From Myxococcota bacterium (GTDB lineage Bacteria; Myxococcota_A; Polyangia; Nannocystales; Nannocystaceae), in the NCBI GenBank assembly GCA_039028615.1, contig JBCCHT010000026.1, positions 140,994-204,993 of the forward strand: 64,000 nucleotides of DNA, given 5' to 3'. Below the pieces are notes generated by a model. The model was not told where the DNA came from. It did not search any database and worked only from the letters and a program-made list of their open reading frames with translations. Below, in pieces: positions 27,451 to 36,790 of this stretch. Both the position numbers and the translations under genes were made by a program. Numbering within the stretch: position 1 is the first letter of the stretch; each line of letters opens with the position of its first letter.

Positions 27451-30105
27451 TCAGCTCGGCGGGGCGCCGTCACGGAGCGCGATGCGGGCCTTGTCGAGGC
27501 TCTTGCGCACGCCCACCGTGTTCGGGTGGGTGGGGCCGAACGAGGCCTCGCAGGCCTCGGCGGCGCCCGAGAACGCCGCGACCGCGTCCTCGAAGTTGCC
27601 TCGCAGGGCGTGGATGTTGCCCATCTGATTGAGCACGCCGGCCATGAGTTGGTGCTTGGGTCCGTAGGCGGCGTCGGTGATCTGGCGCGCTCGCTCGAGC
27701 AGGCGGAGCGCACGGTCATCCTGCTCCCGGAGGTCGGCGACGATCCCCAGGTTCATCAGAATGCGACCGACGAGCGGGTGCTGCGGGCCGAAGAGCGTCT
27801 CGCGGATCTCGAGCGAGCGTGTCATCAGACGATCGGCCCGCTCGAGCTCACCCGCCTTCATGGCGAACAAACCGAGGTTGTGCAGCGAGGCCGCGACCTT
27901 GTTGTGGGACGGGCCGAAGACGGCCTCGTTGATCTCGAGGGCGCGCTCGAGGCTGCTGCGGGCCTGCTCGAGCTGCCCCTGCTGGCGCTGGACGTCGCCG
28001 ATGGAGTGCAGCAGCTCGGCCACGTGCGGGTGCTGGGGGCCGCGGGTCTGCTCGACCACCGTGAGGGCGTGGTCGAGGTGCTCGAGGGCCTGCTCGTAGT
28101 GACCGAGGTGCGCATGGATGGAGCCGACGCCCATGTCGGCCGAGACTCGTAGCGGGTGATCGGGCTCGTACAGCTCGGTCACGAGCTTCAGGCCACGCTC
28201 TTTGTGGTCGAGGGCCTCCTGGGTCTTGCCCGCGCTGTGCAGCGCCTCGCCGACGCCCATGTGGAACGACGCGAGTAACTCGGGTTCGTCGAGCCGATCC
28301 ATCAGGCCACGCGCATGACCGATCCACCGCTCGGCTTCATCGGGCTGCTCGAGGACAATGCCGTACTGCCGCACCAGGACGATCGCGATCTTGCCCGCCC
28401 GGCGGTCGAGCGAATGCCCGAGGGCGTCGAAGTACGCTTGCTCGAGGATCTTCAGGGCGGTGGGGTCGCTGTCGTGGGCGAGGGCCTGGCCTTGGAGCAC
28501 CGCGACATCGACGGACAGCGGGGGAAAGTCGAGGTCCTCGGTTCGGGCCTGGAGCGCGGTGGCCTGCGATGCCGCGTCCTCGTAGCGACCGGCACGGTAT
28601 AGAGCCTCGACGCGGGCGAGCGTTTGGCGGGCCTGCTGAACCTGCTGGGCGAGCTGGGGATCGTCGGGCTCTGACTGGTCCGCAGGGAAGACGTCGGACT
28701 GGGCACAGCGGGCGGGGTCGGGGAGTCGGTGCGCGGCATCGATGGCGCGGCCCACCGTGGCTTCGTCGGCCTCGCTCAGCGTACGCACCAGGGCATCCAG
28801 CGCCTGTCGGCGGTCGTCGAGACAGCGGCTGCGGGCGTCGAGCACCCGTGTCTGTGCCTGTTCTCCTCCCGACGCGAGGCAGACGGCTCGATGCTCTTCG
28901 ACCCATCGGTCCGCGTACGCATCGAGCCGGGTCTCGAGTCGTTCCCAGGTCTGCGCGGCGTAGACCACCTCGGTGGCGAGCAGGGCCTGCTCGGCCTCGG
29001 CCTTGTGGCGCTGGCCCCAGACCTCGGCCAGGGCGTCGGTGCCGTCGCAGGCGGGCGGGTGCTCGCGGCTCATCATGCCCGTAGCCACCAGCGCCACTCC
29101 GACACCCAGCGCAGCCAGGCTCTCCACGGCTCGACGGGGCGGCTTGGAGCGCCGGGGCGTCAGCGCGGCGAGCAGGGCCTCCATGGACGAGAATCGATCT
29201 TGGGCCTTGGCGGCCAGGCCCTTTTCGAGGGCAGTATGGATCTCGACCGGGACGCCTTCGAGCTGATCGGCGGCCCGGGGCGGCCCCTGCGTCTTGAGCT
29301 TGAACAAATAGGCGTGGGTGCCCTCTTCCGAGTAGGGACGATGACCGCAAAGGCCTTCCCACAGCGCCGTGCAGAACGCGTATTGGTCGGCGGCGAGACC
29401 GACCGACTTTCCGATGTACTGCTCGGGCGCCATGTAGGCCGGCGTGCCCATCACCATGCCGGGCTCGGTGACCTCGCCGATCGCCCGCGGGCTCTCGCCT
29501 TCCACGGGCCCGGAGGTGAGGTCGAACATCGACTCGTCGCCGCAGGGGCGCGCGAGGCCGAAGTCCATCACCCGCACGCGACCGTCGTACCCCACCAGTA
29601 CGTTGCGGAGGTTGAAGTCCCGGTGGACGAGCCCGACTTCATGGGCGGCCTGGAGCCCTCGACCCGCCCGCATGAACATGTCGAGGACCTCCGGCCACTT
29701 GCGAGGCTTCGCGCGAAGCCACTGGCGTAGCGTCATGCCCTCGACCAGTTCCATCGCGATGAACAGCTGGCCCTCCTGCTCGGCCACGTCGTAGATGGGC
29801 AGCACGTTGGGGTGTGACAGCTGGGCCATCGCCTGCGCCTCGCGTCGCATGCGGTGGTGCGAGCGGGCGCTGGAGCGGTGGACGAGCTTGATGGCGACGT
29901 CCCGCTGAAGCTTCGGATCGTGGGCCCGATGGACGTGCCCCATGCCTCCGGCGCCGAGGACCTCACCTAGGCGATAGCGGCCGAGCTGGTCGCCCTCGCC
30001 GGCCGTCGAGGGGGCGGGGCCCTCGTAGTCGAGGGTCGTCTCGTTGGCGCCCGGCCATTGTTCGTCCTCCTCCGAAACCCCCACCTCCTTCATCGTATCC
30101 CTCAT
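27451..30105 (-). CDS. Hanks-type protein kinase with TM segment and C-terminal TPR repeats; atypical catalytic loop
   Basis: GAGGMG, VAIK, HRDFNLRN (not HRDxKPxN), DFGLA, GTPAYMAPE; kinesin-light-chain-like TPRs (GPQHPHVA). The start codon is uncertain. Confidence 0.9.
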   Translation of the reverse strand: MRDTMKEVGVSEEDEQWPGANETTLDYEGPAPSTAGEGDQLGRYRLGEVLGAGGMGHVHRAHDPKLQRDVAIKLVHRSSARSHHRMRREAQAMAQLSHPNVLPIYDVAEQEGQLFIAMELVEGMTLRQWLRAKPRKWPEVLDMFMRAGRGLQAAHEVGLVHRDFNLRNVLVGYDGRVRVMDFGLARPCGDESMFDLTSGPVEGESPRAIGEVTEPGMVMGTPAYMAPEQYIGKSVGLAADQYAFCTALWEGLCGHRPYSEEGTHAYLFKLKTQGPPRAADQLEGVPVEIHTALEKGLAAKAQDRFSSMEALLAALTPRRSKPPRRAVESLAALGVGVALVATGMMSREHPPACDGTDALAEVWGQRHKAEAEQALLATEVVYAAQTWERLETRLDAYADRWVEEHRAVCLASGGEQAQTRVLDARSRCLDDRRQALDALVRTLSEADEATVGRAIDAAHRLPDPARCAQSDVFPADQSEPDDPQLAQQVQQARQTLARVEALYRAGRYEDAASQATALQARTEDLDFPPLSVDVAVLQGQALAHDSDPTALKILEQAYFDALGHSLDRRAGKIAIVLVRQYGIVLEQPDEAERWIGHARGLMDRLDEPELLASFHMGVGEALHSAGKTQEALDHKERGLKLVTELYEPDHPLRVSADMGVGSIHAHLGHYEQALEHLDHALTVVEQTRGPQHPHVAELLHSIGDVQRQQGQLEQARSSLERALEINEAVFGPSHNKVAASLHNLGLFAMKAGELERADRLMTRSLEIRETLFGPQHPLVGRILMNLGIVADLREQDDRALRLLERARQITDAAYGPKHQLMAGVLNQMGNIHALRGNFEDAVAAFSGAAEACEASFGPTHPNTVGVRKSLDKARIALRDGAPPS

Positions 30106-30335
30106 TCATGGGCAATTGCCCGTTGAACCTTCGTGGGTCGTGACGATCGATTCCGGTCGAAGTCATCGTGGCATTGGGAGCTACGGACCTTGCAGCGGGG
30201 GCGCTGGGCCCTATGCAGGGGGCGCCCACGGGCAGTGGGTCAATTTGTTCAATGATCCCGAGGTCCCCAATTCGATCATGCATTGCTCTTCATATCGGGC
30301 GGTCGCGGCGAGTTTGCAGTACCGTCCGTTTCGCG

Positions 30336-31484
30336 ATGAGCGACGCCAACGACCTCAAGCCGCTGCGGGCGAAACTCGACGAACTCGATCGACAGTTGAT
30401 CGAAGTGGCCGCGAAGCGCGGAGAGCTGATCGAACGCATTGCGCGGGCCAAGCGAGCCGGCGGGGCGAGCGGCAGGCTCTTCGATCGGGGACGCGAGCGC
30501 GACGTCTATGCGCGGGCGCGGGCGAACGCAGAGCAGCTGGGGGTCTCGGGGCTGTTGGCCGAGGAGCTGATGGGCGTGCTGGTCGAGCACTCGCAGCGCG
30601 TGCAGGAAAGCTTGGTCAAGGGGGATGCCGATCCTCCGGCCCGGGCCTTGCGGGTGTTGGTGGTCGGCGGCGCGGGGCGTATGGGTCGACGCTTCGTGCA
30701 GGCGCTGTCCGGGCGGGGGCACGACGTCGACATCCTCGATCCGGCGGCCGAAGGCGGCACCCCCGAGTATTCCGAGCTGGTGCCGGGTGCCGACATCGTG
30801 ATGCTCGCGGTGCCCATGGCCCACGCGGTGCAGGTCGCTCGCGCGGTCGGGCCCCTGGTGCGCGCGGACGCGCTGCTGTGCGACATCAACAGCCTCAAGG
30901 AGGACATCTGCGCCGAGATGCTGGAGTCCTGCGCAGGCTCGTGCGTGGGGCTACACCCGATGTTCGGCCCCTCCGTGCACTCGCTGCGGCGTCAGAAGGT
31001 CGTGTACTGCCCGCTGCGTCCGGGAGAGCACGGGCCGTGGCTGCGCTCGGAGCTGGAGCGGATCGGGCTCGAGGTCATCGAGAGCACGCCGCAGGAGCAC
31101 GACCGAATGATGGCCGTGGTGCAGGTGCTGGTGCACTTTTCGACGCTGGTCATGGGGCACTCGCTGCGGCGCTTCGGCATCGGCGTCGCGCGGAGCCTGG
31201 CGTTCACCAGCCCGATCTACCGACTCGAGCTGGCGTTCGTGGGGCGACTGTTCGCGCAGGACCCCAAGCTCTACGCGGAGATCGAGATGCAGAACCCGCA
31301 CGGGGCGGCGGCACGCAAGGCGTTCTTGGAGTCGGCGCAGGCCCTCGACGCGACCATCGGCGCCAACGACCGCGACGGGTTCGCGGCGGCGTTCTCCCAG
31401 ACGCGCGACTACTTTCAGGACTTCGCGGGCGAGGCGATGTCGCTGTCCGATCGGATCATCGACACGCTCGTGCGTCAGCCCTGA
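30336..31484 (+). CDS. tyrA: Bifunctional chorismate mutase / prephenate dehydrogenase
   Basis: LRAKLDELDRQLI chorismate mutase domain; GGAGRMG, DINSLK, GLHPMFGP, EHDRMMAVVQVLVH, RLFAQDPKLYAEI. Confidence 0.9.
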   Translation: MSDANDLKPLRAKLDELDRQLIEVAAKRGELIERIARAKRAGGASGRLFDRGRERDVYARARANAEQLGVSGLLAEELMGVLVEHSQRVQESLVKGDADPPARALRVLVVGGAGRMGRRFVQALSGRGHDVDILDPAAEGGTPEYSELVPGADIVMLAVPMAHAVQVARAVGPLVRADALLCDINSLKEDICAEMLESCAGSCVGLHPMFGPSVHSLRRQKVVYCPLRPGEHGPWLRSELERIGLEVIESTPQEHDRMMAVVQVLVHFSTLVMGHSLRRFGIGVARSLAFTSPIYRLELAFVGRLFAQDPKLYAEIEMQNPHGAAARKAFLESAQALDATIGANDRDGFAAAFSQTRDYFQDFAGEAMSLSDRIIDTLVRQP

Positions 31485-31502
31485 GGGACGTACCCACGTG
31501 AA

Positions 31503-31538
31503 GAGGCCGCGGAGGGGACGAATCCCACCCGCGGCCTC
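31503..31538. terminator. Hairpin between convergent genes
   Basis: GAGGCCGCGG...GGGA-CGAA-TCCC...CCGCGGCCTC. Confidence 0.65.
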
Positions 31539-31558
31539 GATGGCTGCCTCGCGTACGC

Positions 31559-33643
31559 TCAGTTGGCGAAGCCGTAGCCTCGGCACGAACCGAGCGTGAA
31601 GTCGGCGTCGTTGGGCCCGTAGTACCAGCTGGAGGTCTGGGTCGCGGCGTCCCAGTCCTCGATGCCGGTGAAGCCGGAGTTCGGCAGGTACGCGGAGGCG
31701 GCCGGCTCGTCGCCCGTGGTCGCCAGAGGCCACGACAGGACATTGTGCCCGGCGACCGCGGCCAGCGGGGTCTCGTCGGTGGGCACGCGACCGACCATCG
31801 AGCGATAGGGGTCCACGCCCGGCCAGAAGTTCACGATCACCACGCCTCCGAAGGGCACCTCGAAGTCACCCCACACGTCGGTGGCCCAGTAGGTCTCGAA
31901 GCTCTGGCTCGCCGAGTCCCACATGTGCACGCCGCGGACGTCCTCGTCGTAGAAGTCGATCCAGTCGGAGGCGAAGGTCGGGGTGTCGGCCAAGCACGCC
32001 CCCCACAGGTTGTAGCCGGGGTGAGCATCGTGGGTGACCTTGGCCATCACGTCGGAGACGGGGTCGTCGCCGTCGGTCAGGACCCGGTAGTAGTAGGTCG
32101 GGGTGTCGATCTGTCGCGGTGCACCCAGCAGGTCGATCGAGCTGAGGTCTGCGCCCGACGACACCAGGGTCGCGGTGGGGCCGGCCGCCGTCGAGCACGG
32201 GCCGGACACCGCGGGGAGATCGTCGATGTTGGTCGCTCGCCAGACCTCGTAGTTGCCGCTGCTGGTGGACGAGGCCGACCAGTTCAGCACCACGTCTTCG
32301 CCGTCGATGTCGATGTCGACGTCGAAGCCGTTGTGGTCGGTGAGCCCGGGGGCCCACTGCGTGTCGTCGGCTCCGGGGCAGACATCCTCGTCGTCGGGCA
32401 CGCCGTCACCATCGGCATCGGGGGGACCCGAGGGCCCGGCGTCGAGGAATGCCACGCCGTGGTAGCGACCATTGGCGGTGATCGAAGTGCAGCTGAAGGT
32501 ACGGTCACCGTTATTGGTGCACAGGTCGACCGCTTCGTCGGTCCCCGTCGTCGAACGCACGAGATCCTGGAGGCCGTCGCCGTCCGCATCGGAGAGGCTC
32601 ACTTGGCCCTCCGAGCTGATGTCGAGGTCGCTGAAGGTCGTGACCCCGTCGAGGTACTGGCAGTCGGGGCTGTTCGTGCCATTGCCCCAGCACACGTACG
32701 CGTCGCCACGGGAGCCCATCACGAGGTCGTCGAGGCCGTCGCCATCCATGTCGGACACCTTCACGTCGCTCGAGCCCGAGCCCCAGAAGCTGCCTTGGTA
32801 GTGGATGTCGGTCAGGGACGCGGTGGTGCAGCTGAAGGTGCCGTCGCCATCGTTGATGCAGATCTCTCCGGGAGATCCGAACACCGGGTGCGCCTCGACA
32901 TAGAGGTCGGGGTACGGGTCGCCGTTGGCGTCGAAGACCGCGGCGTCGCTGTTGAAGCTGCTGAAGCTCGTGCTCGACTCGGTGAAGTTGCGGCAGTCGA
33001 AGCCGCCCACGCCGTCTCCCAGGCACAGCTGGCTGAACCCGGTCTGCCAGGTGCGGTAGTAGCTGAGGTACGCGTCGTCGATGCCGTCACCGTCGAAGTC
33101 GGCCCACTCGATCGCCTCGTAGTTGGTGCCCACATTGATCCCGATCTCCTCACAGAGCATCGGGAAGGTGCCGCCGTAGCAGACGTGGGGTCCGTCGTCG
33201 CCGTGGCTATAGGTCACGTCCTCGATGCCGTCCTGGTCGTAGTCGTACAGGGTGACGTGATCGATGCGACGAAAATCGGCCGAGCCCTCCAAGAAGGCGC
33301 AGGTCCACCCTTCGGTGGCAGAGGCATCGGGTTCACACTGGAGCGCCTGCTCGGAGAACGCCACGAAACCGCTCTGTCCGTCTTGATTGGCGTCCATCGC
33401 GATGAAGTTTTGGCCCCGGGTGTCGGACCGCAAAAAGCCGGCCCAGGCCGGCAGGGTCACGACTTCGCAGGCCCAGGCCCCGGTGTCGTCGTTGCAGAAT
33501 TGAAAGGAGTCGCGGGCGGGGGATTCGTAGCCCGTCACGATGGACGCAGCGGCGGCCGTCTGCGGGGCGCCAGCGAGGGCGAGGCACAGGGGGCCGAGGG
33601 CGAGCGCGGTAGCAGTGGGGACGAGGTTTTTGCTGATCATCAT
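31559..33643 (-). CDS. Secreted FG-GAP/VCBS repeat protein with a TSP3-like motif and C-terminal beta-rich domain
   Basis: Signal peptide (AAA); repeats DxDxDGxxD...C-x-N-xGxGxFxC; DADGDGVPDDEDVCP. Confidence 0.8.
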   Translation of the reverse strand: MMISKNLVPTATALALGPLCLALAGAPQTAAAASIVTGYESPARDSFQFCNDDTGAWACEVVTLPAWAGFLRSDTRGQNFIAMDANQDGQSGFVAFSEQALQCEPDASATEGWTCAFLEGSADFRRIDHVTLYDYDQDGIEDVTYSHGDDGPHVCYGGTFPMLCEEIGINVGTNYEAIEWADFDGDGIDDAYLSYYRTWQTGFSQLCLGDGVGGFDCRNFTESSTSFSSFNSDAAVFDANGDPYPDLYVEAHPVFGSPGEICINDGDGTFSCTTASLTDIHYQGSFWGSGSSDVKVSDMDGDGLDDLVMGSRGDAYVCWGNGTNSPDCQYLDGVTTFSDLDISSEGQVSLSDADGDGLQDLVRSTTGTDEAVDLCTNNGDRTFSCTSITANGRYHGVAFLDAGPSGPPDADGDGVPDDEDVCPGADDTQWAPGLTDHNGFDVDIDIDGEDVVLNWSASSTSSGNYEVWRATNIDDLPAVSGPCSTAAGPTATLVSSGADLSSIDLLGAPRQIDTPTYYYRVLTDGDDPVSDVMAKVTHDAHPGYNLWGACLADTPTFASDWIDFYDEDVRGVHMWDSASQSFETYWATDVWGDFEVPFGGVVIVNFWPGVDPYRSMVGRVPTDETPLAAVAGHNVLSWPLATTGDEPAASAYLPNSGFTGIEDWDAATQTSSWYYGPNDADFTLGSCRGYGFAN

Positions 33644-33868
33644 GGCGGACTCCGATTCGTGCGAGTGGGCGAGGAGGTCGCGGAACACCGTCGCGTCGCC
33701 GCACGGCTCCAATCACCGAGGCTCATTGCGAGCCATGGGCCGACTGGCGCCATCCGTCGACATGTGCGTGCTCCATCGGCCGCACACGACGCTCCCGTTC
33801 CCCTCTCGCGGGTTAAGTGCAAGAAGCCCGGTTTCGGATCGAATCGACCCAAAATATTTTCGTGTCAG

Positions 33869-34471
33869 CTAGTCCATGAGGGCGCGAATGCGCTGCGCCC
33901 AGCCCTCGAGGTCGAGCTCTTCTTCGCTCTTGGGCCCGCCCGGAGTCCGCCGCAGCAGCTCCATCAGCTTTTCGCGGCCACGGAAGGTACGGGTGCGGGC
34001 CGTCGCGGCCGAGACCCCCATCGCTTCGCCTATGTCCGCGGACGACATGTCTTCCCAGTACCGCATCTCCAGCACGACCTGGAGCCCCAGCGGGAGACGG
34101 CGCAGCGCCTCGAGCAGGAGTCGATCTTGCTCGAGCGTGCGCATCAAGGTGCTCGGCCCGGGCGCGAGATCGAAGGCCGCGCAGGACTCCAGGGCATCGA
34201 TCTTTCGCGCGCTCGCGTCCTTGGTGAAATATCGCTTCAGCACGTTGTAGGCGGTGCCGAACAAGTACGAGCGGAAGTTCGCGTCCTCGCGCAGGCGGTC
34301 ACGGCCCACCACACACGCCGCGAAGGTCTCCTGGATCAGGTCCTCGTGGTCGTACGGGACCTTGTTGATGAAGAACCGCGAGACGTGGTCGAAGTAGCGC
34401 TGGAAGAGAACCTGCCCAGAGCTGGCATCGCCTCCACGCCACGCGACGAGCAGCTCGGCGTCTTCCGTCAC
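33869..34471 (-). CDS. ECF sigma-70 factor
   Basis: DAELLVAWRGGD, EDLIQETF, FRSYLFGTAYN, LLEALRRLP...LEMRYWE...IGEAMG. Confidence 0.9.
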   Translation of the reverse strand: MTEDAELLVAWRGGDASSGQVLFQRYFDHVSRFFINKVPYDHEDLIQETFAACVVGRDRLREDANFRSYLFGTAYNVLKRYFTKDASARKIDALESCAAFDLAPGPSTLMRTLEQDRLLLEALRRLPLGLQVVLEMRYWEDMSSADIGEAMGVSAATARTRTFRGREKLMELLRRTPGGPKSEEELDLEGWAQRIRALMD

Positions 34472-34622
34472 GAGGCGACGGTAGCACGCAGGGCCCGCTT
34501 CGAATCGCTACGGCTCGGCCGGCACCTGAGGGTTTCCACCATCGGGCTGAAGAACGCCGGTTGCGAGCCCTACGGAGTCGAACCGAGCGTGGGGGAGCCG
34601 CGTTTCGTGCGCGGCCCCGGGC

Positions 34623-35102
34623 TCAGTTGTCGCCGCGCTCGTCGTCGACGTGACCGTGCTCGAGCTCTTCTTTGGTGGCGTCGCGGATCTCCATGACCTC
34701 GACCTTGAAGTGGAGGTTCATGCCCGCCAGCGGGTGGTCGAGGGTCAGGGTGACGTGCGTGTCGTTGACCTCGGCGATGTACATCTGCACGCGCTTGCCC
34801 TCTTCGAGCTCGATGCCGACCGGCATACCCGGCTGAGGCTCGCCGCCTTCGAAGGCCTCGCGGGGGACTTGCTGCCCCTGGCCAGTCCGGGGCCCGTAGC
34901 CTTGCTCGGGCGGCACGACGAGGTCGAGGGTGTCGCCCTTGGTCTTGCCCTCGAGCGCCTTCTCCAGCCCCTCCACGATGGCCCCGGTGCCGTGCAGGTA
35001 GGGCATGGGGTCCGAGTCGCGTGAGCTGTCGATCTCTTGGCCGTCGTCATCGGTCAGGACGTAGTGGATGAAGACGACTTTGTTGGCGCTGACGGTGCTC
35101 AT
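34623..35102 (-). CDS. slyD: FKBP-type peptidyl-prolyl isomerase SlyD
   Basis: [12 protein letters not shown]...[42 protein letters not shown]. Confidence 0.9.
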   Translation of the reverse strand: MSTVSANKVVFIHYVLTDDDGQEIDSSRDSDPMPYLHGTGAIVEGLEKALEGKTKGDTLDLVVPPEQGYGPRTGQGQQVPREAFEGGEPQPGMPVGIELEEGKRVQMYIAEVNDTHVTLTLDHPLAGMNLHFKVEVMEIRDATKEELEHGHVDDERGDN

Positions 35103-35271
35103 GCGACGCACGGTGTAGCACGCGGTCGACGACGTGGAACGCGGGCTCCGCGGGGCGGGCGTGAGGCTGCGACTGCGGTGGGCAGGACGGCGGTTTGGTT
35201 CCAATGGAGCGCGATGACGGCATCCAGGGGGGCGATGCGCGCGGACCGGTGAGTCCCGAGCCTATCGACGC

Positions 35272-36231
35272 TCAGGGGCCGAACGAGTCGCTGAAGATTT
35301 CCTTGGCGCTGGTGCCCGCCAAAAACAGCGAGCGTCGCATCTGCGAGACGAAGCCGCTGTTGCCACACAGGTAGGCTCGGACGTCGCGAGGCTCGGGGTT
35401 CTCCCGCGAGACCAGCTCGGGCAGTGAGCCGACGACGAGGTCCGGGTCGGACTCGGGTTCGGACTCGAGCGTGCACCAGCGGACCTCGAGGTTGTCGTGC
35501 TGCGAGGCCATGGCCTGGAGCTCGGGCCGCAGGTACAGCCCGCGCGGGTCGGCAGCGCCGTGATAAAGCGTGATGGGGCCGCGATGGCCTCGGGCCAGAG
35601 CATCGCGCGTGACCCCGAGCAGCGGGGCGAGCCCGGTCGAGATGCCGGCGAGGAGCAAGGGGCGATCGGGGGCGTCGGCGGTGTAGAAGCAGTCGCCGAA
35701 GGGCCCGCGGAGCTCGAGCGTGTCGCCCAGCTCGACCACGGAGGCGAGCCAGTGGCTCATCTTGCCGTCGGGGAGGACGCGGATGTGCAGCTCGATGGAA
35801 CCATCGGTGGGCGGGTTGGCCACGGAGTACGGCCGGGCCAGGCCATCGGGGCGAACGACCTGGACGAACTGCCCGGCTCGAACCCCCAGGGGCGCGGCTG
35901 TCTCGAACTGCAGGAGCACGACGTCGGGGGCGACCCAGCGGCGGCCAACGAGGATGGCTCGAGCGTGGGCCGACGCCGGGTCGGAGACGCTCAGGTGTTC
36001 CGTTGGCCGACACACGCACGCGAGGAACAACCCCCGTTCGCGCTGGGTCGCGCTGAGCCCCCGTTGAGCCTCGGGAGGCACCGACCCCGCGTCGGCTTGC
36101 ATGGTGCACGCCTGACAGGTGCCGCGACGACACGAGAACGGGATTTCGTGCTGGGCTCGCTCGAGCCGCTCGAGCACGGTCTCGTTGGGCAAGCAGGGCA
36201 AGGTGACCCCGCGGTAGGCGATGGAACCCAT
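35272..36231 (-). CDS. 2Fe-2S ferredoxin / FAD / NAD(P)H oxidoreductase
   Basis: SCRRGTCQAC...LAC, RPYS, GKMS, GPFG, STGLAP, YLCG. Confidence 0.9.
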   Translation of the reverse strand: MGSIAYRGVTLPCLPNETVLERLERAQHEIPFSCRRGTCQACTMQADAGSVPPEAQRGLSATQRERGLFLACVCRPTEHLSVSDPASAHARAILVGRRWVAPDVVLLQFETAAPLGVRAGQFVQVVRPDGLARPYSVANPPTDGSIELHIRVLPDGKMSHWLASVVELGDTLELRGPFGDCFYTADAPDRPLLLAGISTGLAPLLGVTRDALARGHRGPITLYHGAADPRGLYLRPELQAMASQHDNLEVRWCTLESEPESDPDLVVGSLPELVSRENPEPRDVRAYLCGNSGFVSQMRRSLFLAGTSAKEIFSDSFGP

Positions 36232-36445
36232 GACTCAAAGGGTTCATGACGCGCCAAAATATGAATGTCAAATGCCTGTTTGTGACTCGGCTTCGCGCGT
36301 GCGAGGGAACAAACGACGAGCGTCGGAGTGCGGGCGCATTGTCGTTTCGGGCCGGTCGATGCAGGCGGCCCTCGTCTGGATGCTCGCGCAGTGCCCTCTT
36401 GGGGGGTCTTCTGCTGCCGGTCGGGCGATGTGCGACCATGGGCGC

Positions 36446-36769
36446 ATGGTCGTGGCTCGGCTCTGTTCGTTCCTGCTCGTCGCCATCGTCGGTTGTCGGC
36501 CCGCCGCGGATTTGTCGGTGCCGGCGAGTCAGGGTCCCGCTCCGACCGCGGCGGGAGCTCCCGCGGTGGGGGCCGAAGTCTGCGAGACGGGGCCGGAAGA
36601 CCTCGATGGTTTCGAGGACGATGACGACTGCGCCGACCTCGACAACGACCAGGACGGGGTCGTCGACGAGCAGGACCGGTGTCCCAACGAGCCCGAGGAC
36701 ATCGACGGCTTCGAGGACGACGATGGCTGCCACGACGACGCTCCCGCCGTGCTGCCGGCCGAGGGCTGA
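36446..36769 (+). CDS. Small lipoprotein with thrombospondin type-3-like Ca-binding repeats
   Basis: Lipobox IVGC; EDLDGFEDDDDCADLDNDQDGVVDEQDRCPNEPEDIDGFEDDDGC. Confidence 0.7.
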   Translation: MVVARLCSFLLVAIVGCRPAADLSVPASQGPAPTAAGAPAVGAEVCETGPEDLDGFEDDDDCADLDNDQDGVVDEQDRCPNEPEDIDGFEDDDGCHDDAPAVLPAEG

Positions 36770-36790
36770 GCCTGCTATCGTCCCGAACCG

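Noticed and set aside
33800..33850. Shared ATCCGAAA...CACT promoter motif with 62840-62870
   Set aside because: The spacing differs (15 versus 12 nt) and two instances are insufficient.
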